64,000 bases of DNA from Amphiscolops sp. MND2022 (Eukaryota), in the NCBI GenBank assembly GCA_964187785.1, contig OZ076410.1, positions 45,694,001-45,758,000 on the forward strand, in the 5' to 3' direction. Position numbers and translations under genes: made by a program. Positions 56,801-64,000 of the stretch are shown piece by piece. The notes beneath the pieces are model-generated. The model did no database searches. It saw nothing but the letters and a program-made list of their open reading frames with translations, and had not been told where the DNA came from. The stretch's first letter is position 1, and every line of letters starts with the position of its first letter.

Positions 56801-57647
56801 ACTTGTTTTCAGTTGGAACTCCCATTTTGAACATTAATTTCAAATCTGTTGCAAGTGTATGGCCACAGCTTTCATGTAATTGTTCGGTATGTTTTAATTG
56901 CTCGCCATTTGCATTTTATATGCATCTTGATGGATTTTCATGTTGCAGCTATGCTCTAAGATTTGATCATTTTGTCAATGTTTAGGGACAGTGAAAATGC
57001 TTTACACGATGAAAATGCCTTGCTGCAAATTCGGTACGACGTACCCATAACTGACATCTGGATCGCAGCGCCCCCTAATCAGTCGATGAGGGGAGCCAAC
57101 TCTAAGTCCATGGCCATTGACGACGGTACCTCTGACGTCAGCCTTCTCATTGGCTGGCCTATCATCAACGTCAAGTTCATCTTCCAGTCTGTGGAGTCCA
57201 AAGACTCTTTTCTGGATCATCTCCTGGTTGCCATTGAAAGATCGCTCTACTCGCCTCTGTGTTCCTCCTGTGGTGGAAACAGTCCTGACTCAACCATGGA
57301 AGACATAGCTGGCAACGCTGGTAGTCAGCCAGCTCCTACATTGCCTATCATAGTTCATAATGAGTTCACATCTTCCAAAACAGCTGATACAAGTTTTGGG
57401 CTATCTTCGTCTAGTCTAAACTCAAACGGATACCCCACGTCTGACGGAATAACATCCTCGGAAACTCGTTCCAACCATAATCACACGACAAACAACAATG
57501 TGTCAGCTATAACGACTTGTGATGTGGACCCTCTGAGCAGAGTGGACATTCTCATCGACCAGATTTGCGGCCTGGCCGAGCCTCAGCCTTGTTGTGCCTG
57601 GATACGATATGGCAAGAAGAACTCCAATGACTACATGGCTCTCATCG
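50853..57647 (+). CDS. ARHGAP20: Linker, PH and RA exons: 50853-50948, 53390-53652, 53998-54201, 56986-57647
   Basis: Phase-consistent splicing. KFILESTIKLV...CLFLYEYNLAVA and LLIGWPIINVKFIFQSVESKDSFL resemble the ARHGAP20 PH domain; CAWIRYG...YMALIG begins the RA end motif. Confidence 0.75.
52182..52540 (+). repeat. Dispersed repeat family 2, copy C
   Basis: Same motifs, with more internal tandem units. Confidence 0.8.
52737..53150 (+). mobile_element. DINE/HINE-like element
   Basis: AACAAGACGGGAACGTCTAAAGTCGGCGC ... AGTCGGGCTCTTTTC..GAAAAGCGCCGACT. Confidence 0.75.
54941..55512 (-). mobile_element. DINE/HINE-like element with a duplicated 3' end
   Basis: Family 5' terminus at 55512, hairpin at 55031-55063, and a second partial 3' end near 54945. 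Confidence 0.75.
56178..56335. mobile_element. pogo-type MITE
   Basis: TIR CAGTCAAACTCGGA / TCCGAGTTTGACT. Confidence 0.7.
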
Positions 57648-58325
57648 GTAATTTTCGAGAAATTGCTTTCGGTTTTGAATAAAAATCGATTGTTGATACT
57701 GCAAATTTGGCAACGTAGAAAAGTATCAGTCGCAAGTAAGTGGAAAATGAAACTATCGATAGAATTCACTGAGTAGGAAAATCTAATAAAACGCTAGCTC
57801 CCGGGGTTGGCTGGTTTTTTTTAAAAAAAATTCGTTTTGGGAACAGATGTTAGTTACATATTTGGGGTTTTACAAGATTTTTCAAATGTTTACCAATATT
57901 GACGTGTCATATATTTTGAAGCTCGTGAGACGCTATTTATCATTCAATGACTCAATATTAACAAAACGGAAATGCATAAAATGCACGTGTGAATTATCAT
58001 GTACGTATTAATCGGTCGCTCGTACAAAGCGCTGTCAGTGACGCGCCACGCTTGTTCAAGTGAATTGTCGCAGTTGGGCCATGAAAAGGCTGGGAAACTA
58101 GCTTCTCCGTTCAAGAGTTGAGCAAAATTTGAATGTTATGTCTTTTGTACCAGCTACGAAATGAAAAACATAAATTACAAAAAACTCCGTTTTTTTCGAT
58201 AGATTATTGTCTATTTTTAAAAATAACATACAAATTACCAATCCTGGCTAGCTCCAATTACAAGCTCATTAGGTTCAAGCATTTTGTGGGGAATTATGGC
58301 CATTGCAGTTTTCTTGTTATTTCAG

Positions 58326-61300
58326 GGTATGAGAGATTGTATCCAATTGTGAATTTCTGTTACCCCGATCTCAAGTATTCAAAAAAGAAATCTGGGTCCT
58401 TTTCCACTTGTCATCTGTACATAACCAAATATGGAAAATACCCTTCTGATCACCCAGAAAACAAAGGTTAGTTCTAATATTGATAGAATTCCACATCAAA
58501 TATTCTCGCTCTAGCACGCGGTGTCTTGAAATGTCTTGAATTTTGATTTCAGAAAAAGTGACAAATCGCAAGATTTCCATGTCGAATTTACTACCGGGCA
58601 GTGGCAATATCAACAAACACAAGTTATCTCTTGGTTCACCTACAAATTTCAGCAGCTTTGACCACGGAGTTAATCCTTCACAACACAAGTTTGATTTATC
58701 TGGAGACGCCAAATTTGGGATTATTGACGAAACTACAGTTGAAGTAGATTCAAACGAAAGAACGGCTATTTTTGGTCGCCCCCTGTCGGAGATATGCGTC
58801 AATTCCCTTCCGCCAATAGCTATCAAGGTATGAAGAGAAAGCTAACGACTCGGTCCTAGGCTAATTTCATTCTTGTTAATTTGAAAGTGTTTACACCGAG
58901 TGTAATTCGTAGCCTCTAAAAGGGTTATTTGGGTTGTGAATCGAACTAGTGAAGTGAGTTATCGAATATCTCAATATTCGAGAAGACTTAAACCGCTATT
59001 GTTTGAAATATTCTGGAAAACATATTCTGGTAATTGAAGACCAGAAAACTCAAATGATTCGGGAAGAATCTGATGCAAAGAATTTTTATGTCTTCAAGAT
59101 CGTTTTCTTTTGCCATTCAATACATTCATGGTGGAGAAATTTTACGGGAAATATAGTAAAGTTATTGTGTGGTTTTGTTCAGGAACTGCTTTATGCCATT
59201 TACGTGAGGTGTCCTACTATACAGGGAGTTTTTCGCATTCCTTGTGCTGCTTCCAAAAAGCAAGAGTTCAAGACACAGTTAGATGCTGGAAATTTGCCCA
59301 AAGACTGGCTGTCAGCTGACTTGCCACCCAACTTGCTCTGTGACACTTTGAAGGACTTCCTTCAACACATTCCCGGCGGGGTCTTTGGAATACCTACCAA
59401 AGTCTTGATGAAAAGTCATTCCAAAGGGTTCCTGCATTTCAAAGAGTAAGTGTTTTAAATGCCACAAGTTGCATTCGAATAGTTTCTTACTGGTTGTGTT
59501 ACCGAATTAGGTTTTCAGTTGACGCTTTCTTGGAAAGTGCCGATTATAATAGTGACCTTGACCTGACATTTGTTTTTCCGCCCTTTTTTAGTTGGCTTCT
59601 TCAGTTCAGTCGGCGCTTCATGAAGTGAAACGCGACAAAACAAGTGACTTTTCTCCACACGAACTGACCAAAATAGATCTGCAAAGTTCTGCTAAATTGT
59701 CTAAGTTCTACTAAAATTTGACCCAGAGAGCAACTATTTTTTCAGCGTAGCATAAAATACCGGGCGAGTCAAAGAGTACCCTTCTCAGTTTTAAGCAGGG
59801 GTACATGGGTTCGAGTCCTGCACTAAACCAATTTTTTTTATGATTGGAAAGGTACACGAAAGAGCAAAAGGTCCTCCGAAAAAAACTGGAAGGGGGAACC
59901 TGTAGTCGCGCCCCGTATTGTATGTTACGCGAAAAAAAACCTTTTTGATTCAGTTCGCTCGGCCAAATGGTTCAATTTGGGACCATAAAATTTCGTAGAA
60001 CTTAAGAACTATTTTGGTCAGTTCGTGTGGATATCAGATTGTCATAGATGTATCGCAGATGTCACAAGGCGTCATTTGTTCCAGAGAGTCCGAGCAAATC
60101 TTACAAACGTCCAGATGGCCCGTCATAAACGATGAGTGACAATCTGACTGATGTTCCACGGTGTTAGACCAACTTTTCTGACTCATGTTGACTTTTTCAG
60201 CATCTTCAAGAAGTCGTCTAGTTGGAGGTCTGCCATTCACTGATGCATATCATATAAAACATCAGGAATGTTATCTGAACAAGCAGACGGACTTTATACC
60301 TCGGCCCGACTTTAAATTTTGATTTTTCTGTTTAATCTTTTTCTGCCATTATTGGTGCTTCTCCTTTTGCCTGTAAATATTGTCAATTTTCTTAGTTTTA
60401 GATCTTGATATTGTCAACAGAAGTCTGATGAAATGTCGAAATGGGAGTCCAAAGCAGCCACACTTTCTCATCAAAAATAGTTTTTTTCAGGAAAAGTCCA
60501 TATGACTCAAAAATCCCATTTTTGACAAATTTTCGCAGTTTTTGTACAGTTTCTGAATGTTTCTGTGGGTATCAAGACCCAAAAAGTGGAAATGCAGAAC
60601 AATTGACCACCCCCAGTTTTTTGAAATCACATATTTAGAGAATCTTAAAGACCCAATAAACGTTGAATCGTTTTTGAGGATCTTAGTTTAGTGGTTAGTT
60701 AGAGCATTAGGCCTGTATTGGTGCGTATTCGGTGTTCGAATTTCTGTCTAAACACCACTGTTTTAGAGCACGGTTTTTTCCTAGCTTAGTGGTATGGCCA
60801 TGAGATTAAAAAGCGCATTTGTTGGGTAAACAAAAATGAAAAGCAACGACGAGCAATCAGACCTTTGTGAACTTGAGCAAGTCACTTCAAAAACAAAGGT
60901 TCACGCCGACAATTGTTTGGCCTTCTGGTTGCAAGTACCGTTGTTTGCTTTGGAAAAATTTTGTCCTGCAAGTTTTAGAAAAGCAGAACTGCTTATTCGA
61001 CTTATACCCGGTGGAATTGGGCACTGAACTTTCTTGTGTTGATTTGCCTTTCTAGATTTTTCGTGGGTAAGATAAGTATCCAGAAATCCACCACGAAACA
61101 TTTAGCTACTTAGCATACTCTTGTATAGACAAACACGTTTTTTTTTCTTCAAACATTGGTATAATTAAGAACTGTCGAAAATTTTCACTTTTTTCGTTTT
61201 TTTGGTTTGTATTTTAATGGCAAGACTCTATCCTCGAAAAATGTTTTTTGTCTCTATCCTCAGCTAAAATTTTGTCTCAGCGGGCGTCTGTTTAAGTTTT

Positions 61301-63748
61301 ATTATTTTCATTTCAGTTCCTGCAGTTACGGAGTAACGTTAAAGCGCAAGTTTTATAATTTTACGTTGTTTGGAAAACTAGACGAACCCAAAGGGCGCAT
61401 TAATTTTTCAACAAAGAAGCGTTTTTCGAGCATCTGTGTAAGTTTTGGCCCTGTGAGTCTCTCTGAGAATTTTCTCAATAGTAATCCCTTAGCATATTTG
61501 AATTACTGATCTTTTTGAGTTTTAAACGCGGCGCTGCCTTGACGGTTCGTTGCTTGTTCACTCATCAGTGGTAATATCAAACCGAAATCTCAACCCAGAA
61601 TGTTTAATATCAAAAAATGTGTCAAGGTATTCGAAATAGAAATATACACGATAAAGTTATAACATCAGCTGCCTTCCGATATGCTGCTGTTTGGTTTGGA
61701 TGCTTTGTCAAATGAAATATGACTGAATGTTTTGACTTAGTATGTTTATAACGTTTAATTGTTCTTCAGGACTCTGTTGAATATTCCTGTGGTGAACTAT
61801 CAGCTGTTGGTGCGCGTGGTGTATGTGCTGGCAGCATGTCTGGAAGGCCAGGCCTCTTCTTTGCCACCCGACAAGAGACTCAACCTCGACAGTCTTATGA
61901 TCTGCATTGCACCCACCATTTTCAAAGACGCCACCACCGAAATGCTACACTCCACCAAACCCAATGTACGTTTCAATTTGAGTTGTGAATCTCCTCTCCT
62001 CATTTTTAAACTCTGAACAAGCGTTTAAACGCTGATGAAATATAAACACTATTTAAACGCTCGCCAAGAAACGCGGGCAAAAGATTTTCAATTAATCAAA
62101 TTGAATTTCATAATTAATTTGATCAATTTATAGCAAAATCAATCGTTTTTTTTTATGGAATCCATTGCCAACCTGCAACGGCGCCCTCTGAGAGTAACGC
62201 TGCCCGAGAAAAATTTTCCTCACAGAATGCCGGAGACGGTGAAATTCTTAAAATAATTCCTAAAATTTCAAATTATAATTCAAGTAAATGTTAAATTCAG
62301 AATTTTAAGACTTCGGAGAATTAACCAGTGTTTAAACGCTGAGCGTTTAAACGCTAGCCACTTTAAATTTTTTTAAACACTCGAAATCGTTTAAACTACG
62401 GTTAAAAATAATCAACACTGGTCGTAACTTTGGTTTCATTTTTTTACGCAATTACCTTACGCCACTATACTTCACTTGATATTGTGGTTTTGTATAAAAT
62501 GTATGAGCTAACTAGAAAAGCGAAGCCAGATGTTTCGGAAACTTTACAGCTTTGAGATAGCTCTTGTCATATGAAGGTCCGAAAATGAACTTGGAAGCAG
62601 TGGAGCGTTTCGTGAATTTCATCTATGTTTGGTGAATGCCAATAAGCCTCATGAAGTCGAGTTTTTGAACTGTCTAAAAAGTGCCAAAGAACTGCTTTTA
62701 GTGAAGTTTAAGCTAATTTTTTTATGTTGGTTTGTATTAGATGTTGAAACATGAATAGGTAAGTTCTCAATGTATTTTCTGCTCATTTGTTCAGGGCAAG
62801 AACACTTTGGACGTCAAGAAACTGCTAAGCTTCATAATGGAAAACAGAGAAAGCTTGTTTGCCGATTTCTGGAACTTCATAGCTTCGGAGTTTGAAAAGG
62901 CATCTGTTCTTTGTAAGTTACCTTGACCAAACAAGGTTATCTATTCCTTTACCTTTATTCATGTCTAAGAGTTTCCAAAATGTATTTTCATCTTCAAAAG
63001 TGTTTCTTCGATCTTGTTCTGAGGACAAATTTTGATTAAGGAGTAAATTTCTAGCATGAGAAATAATTCATTATTTTAAGGGCAACAAGGTGAATTGGTG
63101 TTTGTGAATGAGACGGAAATGCTTGATACGACAATGCAGCAAAGGAGAACAGATTCGTTATTGACGTCGGAACGCAAAAAGCCGTTCATATCTGTTGGAG
63201 GTTCTTCTTTTCAACCTCGCATGGCGTTGCCTTACAAACAACATGACTTCAACTCAACTGATATGGATCTCCTGTTGATGGGAAAACGACCCACTGGCTT
63301 TGATAGCTCTGGCGATTTCATGAAGTATACTGACTACAATATCCAGACGTGTTCTGGGCTTCAATCAGGATCCTCGCCATCTGGAAATAGTCTGGACTCT
63401 GGAATTGCTACTGCGGTTACCAATGATTGTCTGAATGAACCTTCGCCATCTTTGTCATCAAGTGTTGCGCCCATCACCGTCGCCCCAAATGTTATGCATT
63501 TGAAACAGGTGTTCGAAAATGTGAGTGTCGCTTCAATCTTTTTAACACATTTGTTGGCTATCCTATGCGTGCTTTTTGATTTTGTAATGAAATGTGCCCG
63601 ACTCATTACAGTGACAAATTTTTTCGTAAGGCCACGTAATGTATCCTAATGGTCTTTTTAGCTGAGTTTCTTCACACCGCCAGTAGTCAGGACGGGCGCT
63701 TCCCAAGCAAAAAACCTCCTTCGAAAATCCCAAAGTTTCCCATCACTG
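58326..63748 (+). CDS. ARHGAP20: RA end, RhoGAP and C-terminal exons: 58326-58466, 58553-58827, 59183-59445, 61770-61965, 62795-62912, 63081 to about 63520, 63662 to about 63748
   Basis: IFGRPLSEIC, ELLYAIY...QGVFRIPC (arginine finger), LKDFLQHIP, NYQLLVRVVYVL and LMICIAPTIF. Splice phases are consistent, and the gene continues past the window. Confidence 0.85.
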
Positions 63749-63784
63749 GTTTTATTTTCAAACTTCATAAAAGCTGAGTTTTGA

Positions 63785-63849
63785 CGTTCGAAAAACTGTG
63801 CGTTTCGAGCATTGAGCGGGGCGCCGACTTTAGACGTTCCGGTCTTGTT
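63785..63849 (-). mobile_element. 5' terminus of a DINE/HINE-like element
   Basis: GCGCCGACTTTAGACGTTCCGGTCTTGTT. Confidence 0.6.
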
Positions 63850-64000
63850 CTACTTGACCTTACCATTTTGATTTCTCCCTAAAACGCGAAGAATCTTGTG
63901 CAGCTAAAGCTGGGGAGCTTTAGAACTACTTGCAAGTTTATTTCCTGAAACGCTTCTATATAGCTCAGAATATGGAAATTTTCCCAGTCGTAAGGTTTTC

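Noticed and set aside
1-64000. Prokaryotic or phage origin, or a defence system
   Set aside because: Spliceosomal exon structure, metazoan signalling genes and eukaryotic transposons throughout.

Overview
Eukaryotic (invertebrate animal) genomic DNA, dense in transposable elements, with spliceosomal introns and one 200-N scaffold gap (20579-20778). Two host genes diverge. On the minus strand is the first coding exon of a cGMP-dependent protein kinase (21216-20828). On the plus strand is a gene of about 18 exons (33848 to beyond 63748) that I reconstruct as RBD-like, DH (RhoGEF), PH, RA and RhoGAP domains, with an ARHGAP20-like C-terminal half. The left third holds the gag of one Ty3/gypsy element (1634 to the window edge) and a decayed virus-like Ty3/gypsy element of about 15 kb (roughly 4900-19780, minus). 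The large element runs: gag with an RS-rich tail, PR-RT-RNaseH-IN, an extra ORF carrying two ESCRT late-domain motifs (PSAP, LYPKL), a class III-like (gB/chuvirus-type) envelope glycoprotein, and at least three further unknown ORFs. The middle holds an intact CR1-group LINE, a hAT-type MITE containing a full-length CRE-clade retrotransposon (SGNH esterase ORF upstream, PHD finger, RT, restriction-like endonuclease), an internal fragment of the same CRE element bounded by a 14-bp direct repeat, and a second CR1-group LINE. Both CR1 LINEs have ORF2 in frame behind an identical TGA-CTC-A stop context. Helentron/DINE-like non-autonomous repeats and MITEs fill the introns. All calls come from reading and translating by eye; no searches were run.
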